DNA from: Anthoceros angustus
Lineage: Eukaryota > Plantae > Anthocerotophyta
DNA: 64,000 bases
Direction: 5' to 3'
NCBI GenBank assembly: GCA_010909165.1
Contig: MU008202.1
Coordinates: forward strand, 400,336 to 464,335
In this document: in pieces, positions 24,201 through 37,001 of the stretch
Layout: each line of letters begins with the position of its first letter
Numbering within the stretch: position 1 is the first letter of the stretch
Made by a program: the position numbers and the translations under genes
The notes under the pieces: generated by a model
Told to the model about the DNA's origin: nothing
The model's database searches: none
What the model saw: only the letters and a program-made list of their open reading frames with translations

Positions 24201-27200
24201 CATCATGTTCGGGTGGAGATTGCTGCTTAGTACTGACATAAATGTTTCAGTAACACTGGTTCTTTGATGACAACATGCAGGTCGGTCTACTATGCTGCCT
24301 CAGATGTTGATATCTTAAGGCCGATGGTGGAGGTGTCTTGGGCTCCCATGCTCGCTGCTTTTAGTGTTCCCCTGGATCAAAGTGATGATGAGGTGGTAAC
24401 CTATCAATGTCTTGAAGGTTTCCGGCATGCAGTTCACATCACCGCAGTTATGTGCATGAAGACTCAGCGTGATGCATTTCTCACTTCGCTGGCAAAGTTT
24501 ACATCTCTCCACTCAGCAGCTGATATCAAGCAAAAGAACATTGATGCCATAAAGGCAAGTAGCTACCTGATGGTTCTAAGAAGTCGTTGTTTCGCACCTG
24601 GACTATCGTCATCCGGCTTGCCAGAGATGCTGTCAGTTTGCGTCTGGTGAGCAGGCTACCTGGTGCAGAAGCTGACATATTACTCTGGTGATGGCTTGCA
24701 GGCCATCATTGCGATCGCAGACGAAGATGGGAACTATTTGCAGGATGCTTGGGAGCATATCTTGACTTGTGTGTCTCGTTTTGAACATCTTCACCTCATC
24801 GGTGAGGGGGCCCCACCTGATGCAACCTTTTTTGCAGCACCTCAGAGCGAGGCAGAGAAGCGGCAGATGCTGAAAACTCCTGTACTTCCGGTCTTGAGGC
24901 GGAAGAATCCTGGCAAACTTCAGTATGCTGCTGCTGCAGCCCGGCGAGGATCGTATGACAGTGCTGGAGTTGGCGGGCATGCTGCAGGGGTGGTCACAAC
25001 AGAGCAGATGAACAATCTAGTATCCAACTTGAATATGCTGGAGCAGATTGACAGCTTTGAGATGAATCGCATTTTCACCCGCAGTCAAAAGCTGAAGGGT
25101 GATGCCATTGTTGACTTTGTAAAAGCTCTTTGCAAGGTCTCCATGGAAGAACTAAGATCGCCAAGTGACCCACGTGTCTTCAGTCTGACAAAAATTGTTG
25201 AGATATCGTAAGGAATGCAACTTGGTTTGATTTAATCTTTTTCCTGCCACTTTTGTGGTCTAGTGACGAACTGGTCCTTTGCCCCTGACTGCTGGAATGT
25301 TTTTGTAGGCACTTCAACATGACCAGAATAAGGCTTGTGTGGTCGCGAATTTGGAGCGTGTTGTCAGATTACTTTGTTGTCCAAGGCTGTTCCGAAAATC
25401 TCTCTGTTGCTATGTATGCAATGGATTCTCTAAGACAGTTGGCTATGAAATTCTTGGAGCGTGAGGAGCTCTCAAATTACAATTTTCAGAATGAGTTCAT
25501 GAAGCCTTTCGTCGTTGTCATGCGAAAGAGCAGTTCTGTGGAGATTCGGGAGCTCATAATACGCTGTGTTTCCCAAATGGTTTTTGCGCGGGTTGGCAGT
25601 GTGAAGTCAGGGTGGAAGATCATGTTCATGGTATAGTGTTTCCTAGTGAATGTACAACTGTGGTTGGTTTTCAAGGGTGGTCTGGAGGCTGATGTTGAGT
25701 CCTTATGTTACTTTGGCTTTGCAGGTGTTTACAACTGCGGCAACAGATGACCATAAGACAATTGTGCTACTGGCCTTTGAAACCATTGAGAAGATTGTCC
25801 GGGAATATTTCCCATATATAACTGAAACCGAGACAACAACATTTACGGATTGTGTGAATTGCCTCATTGCATTCACGAATAGCCGGTTCAACAAGGATGT
25901 AAGCCTGAACGCCATTGCCTTTCTCCGATTCTGCGCCTTGAAGTTGGCTGAGGGAGAACTCGGCTCTTCTGCTCAATATAAAGAGAGTAAACTGACCAAG
26001 TCTTCAAGTATCTCCCCAAGACCGTCAACAGAGTCCCTTACATTTACAGACAAGGATGATCATCTTTACTTCTGGTTCCCCTTGCTGGCAGGTATAGTTT
26101 GGGTAGTGAATGATGTTCAACGGGGTTGATGCAGGCTGGTTGTAGGAAGATTCAACCCTAGTTGTGAAGATCTTGCATGACCTGAACAATCTGCTGTGTG
26201 CAGGTCTGTCTGAACTGACATTTGACCCCCGACCCGACATTCGCAAAAGTGCGTTGGAGGTGCTTTTCGACACCCTTCGTTATCACGGGCATATGTTTTC
26301 CTCTGGACTATGGGAGCGGGTCTTTGATTCGGTTCTATTTCCTATTTTTGATCACGTACGCCGAGCAACTGAGCCTGCAGCCTTGAGGCAACAGCTGGAG
26401 GGTACCTTAGAAAAGGAAGCTGATGAAGTGGAAATGGATGCGTGGCTTTATGAAACTTGCACCTTGGCACTACAGCTTGTGGTTGATCTATTTGTGAAGT
26501 TTTACCCTGTAGTATGTACATTGCTGGGGAAAATCTTATCATTGTTGACTGGATTCGTCAAACGGCCACATCAGAATCTAGCAGGAATTGGGGTGGCTGC
26601 CTTTGTGAGGTTGATGAACAATGCGGGAAGTCTGTATACGGATGAGAACTGGGAGGAGTCCTTGACAGCTTTGAAAGAAGCCGCTGTAGACACGCTACCT
26701 GATTTGTGGAAGATTGTTGGAGTTTCGGTGTCTGCCATCTCTGCAGAGAAGGCAGTGGGAAGCAATGGAACCAGTATTGGTGAACCACTTGTCTCAGAAG
26801 GTCACCCGGCAAATTTACAACTGGTTATCGCAGATGCAAGGTCTCGTGTTGCCGTCCAGACTCTCATTGTACAGGTAGCTGATTGTGCGAGCTGTCCATT
26901 TCAGTTGTATGATTGTCCTGGTGCTCTCTTTTTATTTATTTGACAAGAGCTCTGAGTTGGTGGGTTGTGATGAGTGGTGCGTTTTATCAATAATTCATTG
27001 TCTCTGCAGGCTGCCAATGAAATCTATGCCAAGCATGTAGTTCAACTACAGCCAGCTCACACGATGCTGCTGTTAGATACACTTCAAATTGTGGCAAGGC
27101 ATGCCCACAAACTGAATGGTGACCGAGAGCTTCGAACAAGACTGCATCCTCTGCGACAAAAGACACAGTTGCCCGATCCACCACTACTTCGCCTGGAAAA

Positions 27201-27627
27201 TGAGGTTTATCAGGACTATTTGACCATGTTGCAGAACCTCCGGGTGGATAAGCCTGACCTTGCAAAGGCAGTGGAAGTAGAGGTTCGCCTTGTGGAGATA
27301 TGCGATGAGGTACTGAGGTTGTATATTGATACTTCTGCAATTCGCACTCCTGACGATACAGGTGAAAATGGAAAGATAACGCAGCCATGTTGGCCTGTCC
27401 CTCTTGGGTCTGCCAGACGCCGAGAGCTGTTGGCAAGAGCTCCCTTAGTGGTAGCAACCCTTCACGCTGTTAGTAACCTTAGGGACTCGTCTTTGGAGAG
27501 GTACCTTGTCCGCTTTTTCCCTCTTCTAGCTAAGCTGGTAGGCTGTGAACATGGATCCCCTGATGTGCAGTTAGCGCTGAGTGACATGTTTACGTCCTGG
27601 ATAGGACCCATATTGTTACAGGCTTGA
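21229..27627 (+). CDS. Brefeldin A-inhibited ARF guanine-nucleotide exchange factor (BIG2/BIG3-like Sec7 protein); 11 exons: 21229-22469, 22571-22888, 22973-23315, 23401-23823, 23901-24193, 24281-24554, 24702-25207, 25309-25630, 25725-26091, 26204-26874, 27010-27627
   Basis: DCB/HUS motif VNYDCD, Sec7 motif [21 protein letters not shown] and HDS domains. All 10 introns join in frame (8 GT-AG, 2 GC-AG). Confidence 0.95.
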
Positions 27628-29164
27628 CCTCCAGTAAAATCTCTTATTCTGACATTGGTCAGTGGTCCTTGAGCTTGGCAATTTTGCATTCGGATCAGGG
27701 AAGAAGCCTGTAGGCCTAATTACTGTCACATCCTACGTTCAAGATGTGGAGACAGCATTTGCAAGGGGGGGATCCTTTTTGCTGGCCATTGGGACAATGT
27801 TTGAGGATTGTACGCATGGTGGAGAGCATCATGTTTGCATTTTGGAGGCCTTTTATGGCAGAGTACAGAGGGGGTGCGGCCTTTTCACAGCTGCACAAGT
27901 GCAGAACTGTAAAGCTACTGGGTCAGATGTCGGTACAGAAACTTGGGAGGTACATGCTACGAGCAGCTCGGCTGTGCGTAGCAATGTTTGTATTCTGTAG
28001 CTTGTTTGCACAGGGGAAGAAACCTAAGCTTTTGCTCCACTCGCAGTATGAGGCAGCCATCTCTGGTAGTACTGAGGCTATTTTTCAGTTTGCATCCGAT
28101 TGATTAACCCTGTTCATAATTGCAGGAAGGAGGCGTACATACCTTCTTCATGGTTGGTACTTAGAGATAATACTGTAGGTCCATTTCCTTGGTCTGGTGC
28201 CCTTGTGTACTGGTGTAATGCTCCGGCTCAATTGTTGGGTTGTTAACAGCCTTGCTCATGGAGTGGTAGGAAATTTTTGTGGGCACCTTCATCATTGTGG
28301 AGTCCTGTAGAGGAGGCACCCATGACCTCCCCCTCACTGTTGATCACTGAAGGAGCTTTGCTGGACAGATGCGCGCAACGCAGGGACCGGGTGGTGGCAA
28401 TCACGCGTGTGTTGGAGACTCATTGCCCGCACTCTAGGGGAGTGCACGAGATTCTTTTTCCACACTATTTTGCCTCGCGGAAGGGTTGAGAAGGTTGACG
28501 CGCACGCCCGGACATCGCTGCCATGTATTCATGCCGATACAAATGAATAGGTACGTATATACATATATGTATACATATAGATACCTTGTGGACTACATAT
28601 GTATGTGGGCAGTATCCAAGAATGCGGCGATATTGAAACTCGGGATGCGTGAATTTTTGTAACATATGGAATTGATGGGCGGGTGGGTGAACCGAGGGGA
28701 GAAAATCCGATTCTACTTGCGCCGATCTGTGTTTGACGTTCATAGCAGAGACGCGACATGAAAGGACGTGGTCATGATGCTGTTTGTACTTGGGTGTCAC
28801 AGGCTCATAGCATGTATGTACATACATACATAATGAAGAGGCAGGCTGATTTGTGTAGATGATCCGGGTGCTAAGCTCTATCACGCACGTGCATTTGTAC
28901 TTTGCCTTCAACTTGGGACGCAGGCGTGGTGTAATAACCCTAGGCCCTATGCCCTAGGCGTGGATGGGGGGCGATGGAAACGAGATGAAGATGAAGGGAA
29001 CGTCCGGAGGCGAAGGGGCACGCAGTCAAAGGTTACGTACATGGCCTACTGGGGGAATTGGGGTGAGGCAAGTACATACCGCGGGCGCGAGCTGCCTTTC
29101 TCCATCAATGCGCTTATCTGGTGCGCATGAAGGCCGAAGGTGGCAGGCCGCATGCCAATAGCGC

Positions 29165-29257
29165 AAGGCAAAGGCAAAGCAAAGGCAAAGGCAAAGGCAA
29201 AGGCAAAGGCCAAGCCAAAGCCAAAGCCAAAGCCAAAGCCAAAGCCAAAAGCCAAAG
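29165..29257. repeat. Compound hexanucleotide microsatellite (GGCAAA)n/(GCCAAA)n
   Basis: Directly visible. Confidence 0.9.
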
Positions 29258-31255
29258 CAGGGCAGCGCAGGGCAGGACAGGGCAGGGCAAGGCAGGTACA
29301 TATGTAGTGGAGCGGCATGGCGGGAATGGCAGCCTGCAGGGCCAGGGGAGCCAGGAGGCAGGGCAGAGGCAGAGCAGAGTCCAGTGTCCAGTCCAGTCTA
29401 GCCTCCGGCCAGCGTCAATGTTGAGGCACGATTCCGCAGGCCACACATGGCTATCCATGTGTTGCCTATGCGACGGTGGGGCAGGCCCGCCAGCCTGGCC
29501 TCCTGCTTTTCTATTCTAGGGTTATAGGGCAGGGAGCCCAATCCCCAAACCCTGGCGATCAGGGTTTCACGCATTGCAATTTGCTCAGGCGACAGCCAGC
29601 AGCAGCTATCGTCTCCACTCCACTTTTGATGAAAAAGCAACGAGAGCACAGGCAGGCAGAGGCATGAGAGCAGTCCATGTTCTGCGGCCAGCTCGGGCAA
29701 CGCCCCCGGGGGAGTGGCGTCAGGGCGTCGGCAACAGGCTACGTACATAAAGAGCACAGCGCGGAGGGGGAGCAGGTAACAAAAGAATTGCAGAGCGCCA
29801 CTGCCAGGTGCCCTTGCTGCTCGCCTTTGAATCTGGGATCCGGCCGGTGTCGGGAGCGGGGCACCTCGGTACACTAGGTAGACTAGCAGAAAATTAACCG
29901 GCTGAGATACGATGAAAACCGGATGACAAAGTCGGGATTGAAGACACAATTCACCTGGCAAGCGTCACGTTTGAGGCAAATCTCGTTAGCCAAAAACCCA
30001 GCTGGACCTATTCCACCTTGTCCTTTGCTACTCATACAAACTACCGGTAGTGTGATCCCAAGAATATGTACATATAAGTTGTATCATAAGTTGTGAAGAT
30101 AAAGCTGCTATCGTCTTCAACTTCAAACAAAGGAGACAACAAGAGAGCGGCTGTGCCTGTATCTAGCAAATTTTGAGTAGGTAATATATGAAGTATTGGA
30201 AAGATAAGAAATATAAACATTTGCTCGGTTCCTCTCCCAGTACCTACCAGCTCATCACGACCCACGACAGCATGTACTATATGCGCCTGAAAAGGCCAAA
30301 GCTGGTTACAGAGGCAGTTTGGGGATTCCCGGAACCTTGAAGAGGTGATGAGAAGGCGACCGGCAGGTGGCGTTGGTCCTGTGGTGGGGGTGTCGAGCCG
30401 AGCCCCAAAAATGGGAGATTCATTTCCGGGCCAGCGGGAGAGAGCCTGTCAAGAGGTTAGGGCAGGGCCGGCGGACCGGGCCTGGCCTGGCCTGGCCTGG
30501 CCTGGCGCGGGCCGCGGCCCTCCGAAACGCGCGGCGGAGGCCAAGGGGCGAAGGGGCGAAGGCGAAGGCGGAGGGAAGCCAAGGGAGAAGAGAGAGAGAG
30601 AGAGAGAGAGAGAAACCTGCAAATCCCCAAGTGGATAAGGAAGGATCCTGGATAGCGGATACCGGATATCGCCTGGCGTACCGAACCCAACCGAGTCCTG
30701 ACCTGAACCGAGTTTCGCCCCTGACCCCAGACAAGGGGTCCAGGGACCAGGCACCAGGCACCAGGCACCAGGCACAAGGCACAGACTAGCCGCTGTGGCG
30801 GCTACACTGTACCTGCTGTCGCAGTCGGGGGTGGGAGCCGGTGCCGGTCCTGGTGCCGGTCCCGGTCCTGGGTTCCACTTGCCTCCTCCCGTTCCCCCGC
30901 CATCTGTCCTTTGCACAACCCTTCCCACTTTTATTTCGTGCACCGGTCGTGCCACGCCCGGTTATTAACCCAGGTCAACCAGGCCTCCGCAGGCTCGGAG
31001 GCGAGGTGGAGTCCGGAAGTGCTCTCCTCCCCTCCTGCGGGCAGCGGGCAGCGGGCAGGGGGCAGCGGGCAGCGCGCCAGGCCACCAGCCCCAGCCCCAG
31101 CCAGCGCAAACAAGGAATGAAGGAATGAAGGAATGAAGGAATCAAGGCGCAGTTCGGCCACAAAAATCCCCCACTCTCATCACCCGCGCCGCTACAACCG
31201 CATTTACAGCCTGGTCCTGGTATGCACCGTTAAATACTACAACACCAGCATAAAG

Positions 31256-31318
31256 CAGTGCAGTGCAGTGCAGTGCAGTGCAGTGCAGTGCAGTGCAGTC
31301 CAGTGCAGTGCAGTGCAG
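31256..31318. repeat. (CAGTG)n microsatellite
   Basis: About 12 copies directly visible. Confidence 0.9.
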
Positions 31319-31581
31319 CGCGTCGCATCGCATTCCAAGTTTTCCAACCCCTTCCCTGGTCCATTTGCCTGCCTCCCTCATGTGCGCGTGGGGCCAACCG
31401 CGCTAAAGCTAAGGCCAAAGCTAAACCACAATTCCCCTCCGCCGCACGGACCATAGACGGGGTCAAACACTCCACCTCGGGCCCCACCGTTTCTATTCAA
31501 GGAAATCGCTCAAGCGGAAGCAGACTTCGAATTTGGTATTCGGTTCTACTCCCTCCACCCTGAGAATCTTTCCCACTCCCA

Positions 31582-31633
31582 CCCCCGTCCCCGTCCCCGT
31601 CCCCGTCCCCGTCCCCGTCCCCGTCCCCGTCCC
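31582..31633. repeat. (CCCCGT)n microsatellite
   Basis: About 8 copies directly visible. Confidence 0.9.
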
Positions 31634-31877
31634 ACTTTCCATTCCATTTGCTTCACGCTCCGGCCTACTGCCCACTCTCTACAACCTACGTACATACATA
31701 CTTCGTATTTTTATTAAATATATACTCTTAAAGCTACTAAGACTTAACAGGATTATCATTTGGTTACACACTCAAGTACATACCTGGTTAGTCTCTGTCT
31801 TGAGACATACCTACTCGACACACATGTTATGCTCAAATCTAGTAAACAGTCTCTAACGAATGCGTCTCATGTGTACT

Positions 31878-31975
31878 TGATGTATGTGTTGACAGTGACT
31901 CTCAGTACTAGACATGTCCCTCCTACACATGATGTATGTGTTGACAGTGACTCTCGGTACTAGACATGTCCCTCC
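31878..31975. repeat. Direct duplication, 52-bp period
   Basis: TGATGTATGTGTTGACAGTGACTCTC(A/G)GTACTAGACATGTCCCTCC at 31878 and 31930. Confidence 0.9.
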
Positions 31976-33163
31976 GTACAAATGGCTGCTCTACGGTCAA
32001 TCCTGCAAACGCATGGTACAGTCCCGCCCAGCAATATGGGCTATGTTGCACATGCATACATAAAGAGACCAAGGCGACGTCACTATCCTTCACATCAGCC
32101 CTCACATTGTTATGTGCTATGCTGCATATGCACACAGAAAGGAGACCAAGATGACATCAGTATCCTTCACATCCGTGGATTCATAACACATGGTCGGGCA
32201 TTCATGGCTATTTCAACTTCGTAAGAAACGTTTTGGAATCCTGACCCTAACAATACTTACTTGTATAATAGCGAAATTAAATTATATATATAAGTTATAT
32301 ATATATATAATATATATATATGTAAGTAGAAGATTTGATTTGTCATCCAGGGGTCTCACACAAGGGAAAGCGGATTCCCTCGTCATACGATCCATGAATC
32401 GTACAAACTACAAAGGAAAAGGGCAGTGGCCGGTTTGGGACAGGTCAGAGACTAAGCTACGCCATGTAGATCTTGTTGTATGTATGTACAGTAATTGCGA
32501 AATGAGAAAGGTGGCGCCTTGGTCCTTGGTGGGCATTAAATGACGGTGCTGCGCGCGCGAGCTGACTGCTGACTAGGCGGGGGAGCGGCAAATGTGGCGG
32601 GTCCACGTGGGCGGGCGCCGTACGGCGCGCTGTGACGCTGGCGCAGTTAATCTGTACCCGGTCCGGTCCATACAGCCTACGAGGGCCTGCCCTAAGCGGA
32701 GGGGTGTTAATCGGGTGATGGGATAGGCCGCGTGCCTATCCGGTCTGGCAGTCTGGCACGCTGCGCCTATCCCCTCCGATTACGATTACCCATTACCCTG
32801 CGCCCCAAGGGCCTCCGAGTCCCCCGACTCCCCGACCCCCCGGATAGAAACACCCGCGTTTAACGTAACCGGATGCGGTGCGCCTCCGTTATCCGTTTTC
32901 TCTCCCCTCTCTCTACGTTCTCTCTCTTATGCCCCCACCCTCTCTCTTCCAGGCCCCGGGCCCGGGTCCGGCTGGACCGGGGACCGCCAGGCCTGCTGGC
33001 AGCGGGTGCGGGTGCGGGTGCGGGTGCGGCTGTAGGGGCAGAGGCAGGAGCTCGGGCGGAGAGGGAGGCGGAGCAGGAAAAGGAGGCAGGAGGCAGGAGC
33101 AGCAGCAGCAGCAGGTTCCGCCCTGCTGCAACTGCAAGCAACCCAACAAGCCCAGCCCCGGGA

Positions 33164-33262
33164 GAGGGCGAGGGCGAGGGGGAGGGCGAGGGGGAGGACG
33201 AGGGCGAGGGGGAGGGGGAGGACGAGGGCGAGGGCGAGGGCGAGGACGAGGGCGAGGGCGAG
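33164..33262. repeat. Degenerate (GAGGGC/GAGGGG/GAGGAC)n hexamer tract
   Basis: Directly visible. Confidence 0.85.
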
Positions 33263-34579
33263 AGAGGAGCTCAAGAATCATCGGGGCGTGCACACATGGA
33301 TGTGGTCGGGTAGAGAGAAGGCGGAGTGCGAGCAGTGGACATTTGCCAATTCGGGCCCGTCAATCTGGCGAGGTGGCCGGCACTGGAGCGGGTACGTGAT
33401 TGTAGCTGTATGTGCCCATCTCTCTTGTGCGCTGTGCTGTGCTCTGGTGGAAATCTTATCTGGACCACCCTGCTTCCTCGGCCCTGCCTCCCCCTCTTGT
33501 GTGTGCCACAGCTGCATCTGCAACAGCAACAGCAACAGGAGCTTGCTGCGTCTGTGCTGCTTGCTGGGTGTTGCTGCTCCCTTGCTTGCCTTGCCTGGCG
33601 GTGTCCTCTTGGCCCTTGCCTTGCCCTCTCGGCCCTTGCCTTGCCGTGCCGTGCCGTGCCGTGCTGTGCCGTGCCTTCTTCTCCGGATCCGCCTTCCTTC
33701 CTTTCCCTGCCTTGGCCCCTCGGCGGGTGCAGGCTGGAGCGCCGCAGCCCCCGGCACGCTCGCACGTAGACGGGACATTCCATCTCTCTCTATCACATAC
33801 AACATCGCTGCTGCTCTCCTCTGTGCACTCCTTCCCCCAGCTCGCCTGCTGCCTGTCAGCTGGCTGCCTCCTCCTGCCTGGAGCTACTTGTCTGTGCTCG
33901 GCGGAGAGGCCTGCCAGAGCCAGAGCCAGTCCCAGTCCCAGTCTCAAGCCCGACCCTCATCCCGGACCTCGCTCCTGCAGCTAGCTCCAAGGTAGCAGCA
34001 GTATTCCGGCCTTGCTTGCCTTGCCTTGCCTTGCCTTTTGTTGCTTGAAGCTTTGAAGCCAGCTGCCTCTCTTGGGCCTGGGAATGCCGGATCTGACAAT
34101 CGTACGTGCTGTCCATGGTGTGATGCCCAGCGCGCGTGCGACGCAGGGAGGAGGCCTGGGCCTAGGCAGGAGCAGGTGATCCGATTCGGTCTTGCTTGGA
34201 TTGGAGTATCGGAGTGCTGCGCTGTGCATGGGGCGGGGCGGGGCTAGTGTGGCAGGCTCGGGCTCGGGCTGCTGCTAGGCACACAAGGAAGCGGATGAGG
34301 CCGGCTATCGCTGCTGCAGCAACAATTAATCCCGCCGCCGGCTGGCACGCCGGAACGGAATGCAAAGCACTGGCCATGGGCCGCACCAGCTGCTGATTTG
34401 CAGATTGACGCCAGCGTCAGGATCGCCGGCCTTGTGTTGTTGCAACTGCTGCTCTGCTGCTTCTGCTGCTTCTGCTGCTAGAGCTCAGTCTTCTGCCGCC
34501 GCTCACGTCGCGCACCGCATTCGTGGTGGCCGTGGCAAAGGGGACTGCTTCCAGCCGGGACCGCATCCGACTCCGGACT

Positions 34580-35169
34580 ATGGCACAGACGTCAGGATCG
34601 GGGGCAGGGGGAGGAGTGGGGAGCGGGGCCAACCAGTTTGGCGACACCACCTATACCAAGGTGTTTGTGGGCGGGCTGGCATGGGAGACGCAGCGGGACA
34701 CCATGCGCCGCCACTTCGAGCAGTTCGGGGACATCCTCGAGGCTGTGGTCATCACTGACAAGAACACCGGCCGCTCCAAAGGATATGGCTTTGTGCGCGC
34801 CCCGCCCCCTTTCCTTCCTTCCAACCCACCTTCTGATCCAAGCGTGCTTTGCAACCGCCTTCCTCACTCCTTGCTCTCCACCCCGCAGGTCACCTTCCGC
34901 GACGCCGATGCTGCCAGGAGAGCCTGCGCTGATGCCACGCCCATCATCGATGGTCGCAGGGCCAATTGCAATCTCGCCTCGCTCGGCGCGCATCGCAATC
35001 GTCCCGCCCACGGAGGACCTCACGGTACGTTTTTGTCATCTCTCTGCTGTCACCGCAACATTTCAGTTGCCAGATCCTCTCAGCCTCTTCTCATCACCGC
35101 CGCTACTACTACTCTACATTACATGTGATCTGTGACACAACACATTGTCCCTCCCTGCACCCCTCCCCC

Positions 35170-35210
<41 letters not shown>

Positions 35211-37001
35211 AGATCGGTGTTGGATTTGTGTTCGCACTTGGTGTGGGCAGGCACATTTCACAAGCTTGCAGCGTTGGCTGGCCTGCTGTAACAGACGCAG
35301 GATATCCGCTCAGATCTGGTGTGCACTGGAATATCTGTTCCAGTCTCTCAGTGGTTACCGGATTTGTGGGGGGCAGGGCAGTGGCAGGGCAGGGCTGGGG
35401 CAGGCAGGCTGTAAGGCTGGCAGCCCTTTTTTCCTTTTTCTTTTTGCCTCTATCTCCTATGGAGGATTCGACTATGCCGTTTCTTCCCTTTCCTTAGACA
35501 GACTGTGTTGTGAGCTCATTTTCGCTACTGCCTGGAAGTTAGAAGAACTCAGTATGGCATGTCTCCACAGAGGAGAGAGGACACACACACAAACACATCC
35601 TGGGCTTCGAGTGGCCAAGTATGGCGGTGGAATGACCTGCCAATGAACATCCTCACCCTCTGTGACCTCGCTGATCGCCACATGGTGCAGGTCTCTCCAA
35701 GCCCTGATAGATGCACCGCAGTCTCTTGTTCCCCCTCTCATCTTCTGCCGATTTCAGATTTCAGATTTTCCGATTTCTCTAGTGTAGCCAGCTGTGGTGT
35801 GGGATTCATACTTTATGCATCCTCTCTTTCAACTAGAATGGGGTGATCACAGCAGGTGGCCCTAGTCAGAATCCGCACTACTCTCAAGTCATCTAGATGC
35901 TTTACATACATACGTACATAGGTTTAGGGATGCTCCCACTCGAGGCAGCTCGCAACAGTTTCCGGTTTCGGATTGCAAGGCTTTTCTCAAGTGTTTGTCA
36001 TGGATTGTCTAACCTGATGCGGTGCCCGCAACTGGTGTTTCTGTTCAGGGCCCCAAGCAGGAGGGCCTGGCTATACTCCATCAGCGCCCTTCGCTCAACC
36101 GGGTCCTTTCACGTACCCTCAGCAAGGCTTCACGTATCCCCAGTACGGGTAAGCCCTGGTTTGTTGCTGCTGCTGCTACTGCTGCTGCTGCCAGGAGTAG
36201 TGTAGGCTTGTGTAACTGCTTTGTGATGATGCACAGAATACTGATGCAATGAAGCCATGTTTTGCCTGCAGTTACCCGCAATACCCACCTGACTACAGCT
36301 ATCCTCAGGTACCCACCCACCCTACCGCTTCTTCTTGTGTCACAAAGCTTGCATCCCTTTAGGCAAAGATGGGAGGGCAGGAGGTAGTGTTTGCAGCTGT
36401 TTGTGTGTGTCCAGTTCTTGCTGCTGCGCAGAGTGCTGTGTATAACCTTTACGGCGTGCCACAGTTTCCTCAGCAAATATACGGTGGGCCAGGGACGTTG
36501 GGCAGCACAGGAGTGTACCCCTACTCCGGATTCACGCAACCCATACAGGGCGGGCCTGGATACCCGTCTCCGCAGGGCTACGGGGCCCCCCATCTGATGC
36601 AGTATGGGACCCCGGGAGTGAGCGCCATCACCAGCATGGCGCAGCCGTATGGAGGAGGGGCAGTGCCTCTCCAGACGCCGTCACCCTCTACCGGTGAGCA
36701 TGACAACCTCATCATGTCAAATGCAGAATTCGGCGAGCTGCAAGGCCGTCAAGTAGGTAGGTTTCAGTCCACTGTGCTGCAGGGTGGACACAGTTCTCTT
36801 GTGAGCAAGTGAGTGACCTGACCGATGTGGTGACCCTGGGTGCTGCAACTCTCGTCCTCTCTCTGTGGCTGCCCATTTGCAGGAGTGACACCAGCCCTGG
36901 CCGCGGCAGGGGTGGCAGTTCCATCCCAACAGTTTGGTGTACCTGCCCCATCTCAGCAGCAATTTTCCTCTGGGGGTGGGCCGGATCAGCCAACAGGTTG
37001 A
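34580..37001 (+). CDS. Single-RRM RNA-binding protein (RBM24/38, ARP1-like) with Pro/Tyr/Gly/Gln-rich tail; exons 34580-34792, 34889-35024, 36049-36148, 36272-36308, 36432-36693, 36883-37001
   Basis: [18 protein letters not shown] (RNP2), [10 protein letters not shown] (RNP1), [18 protein letters not shown] introns keep frame. An extra small exon in the 1-kb second intron cannot be excluded. Confidence 0.88.

Noticed and set aside
29026-34250. Many 60-235 aa ORFs (KAKAK, GEGEG, AVQCS, PVPVP)
   Set aside because: Translations of microsatellites in GC-rich DNA that lacks stops; open in several frames on both strands.
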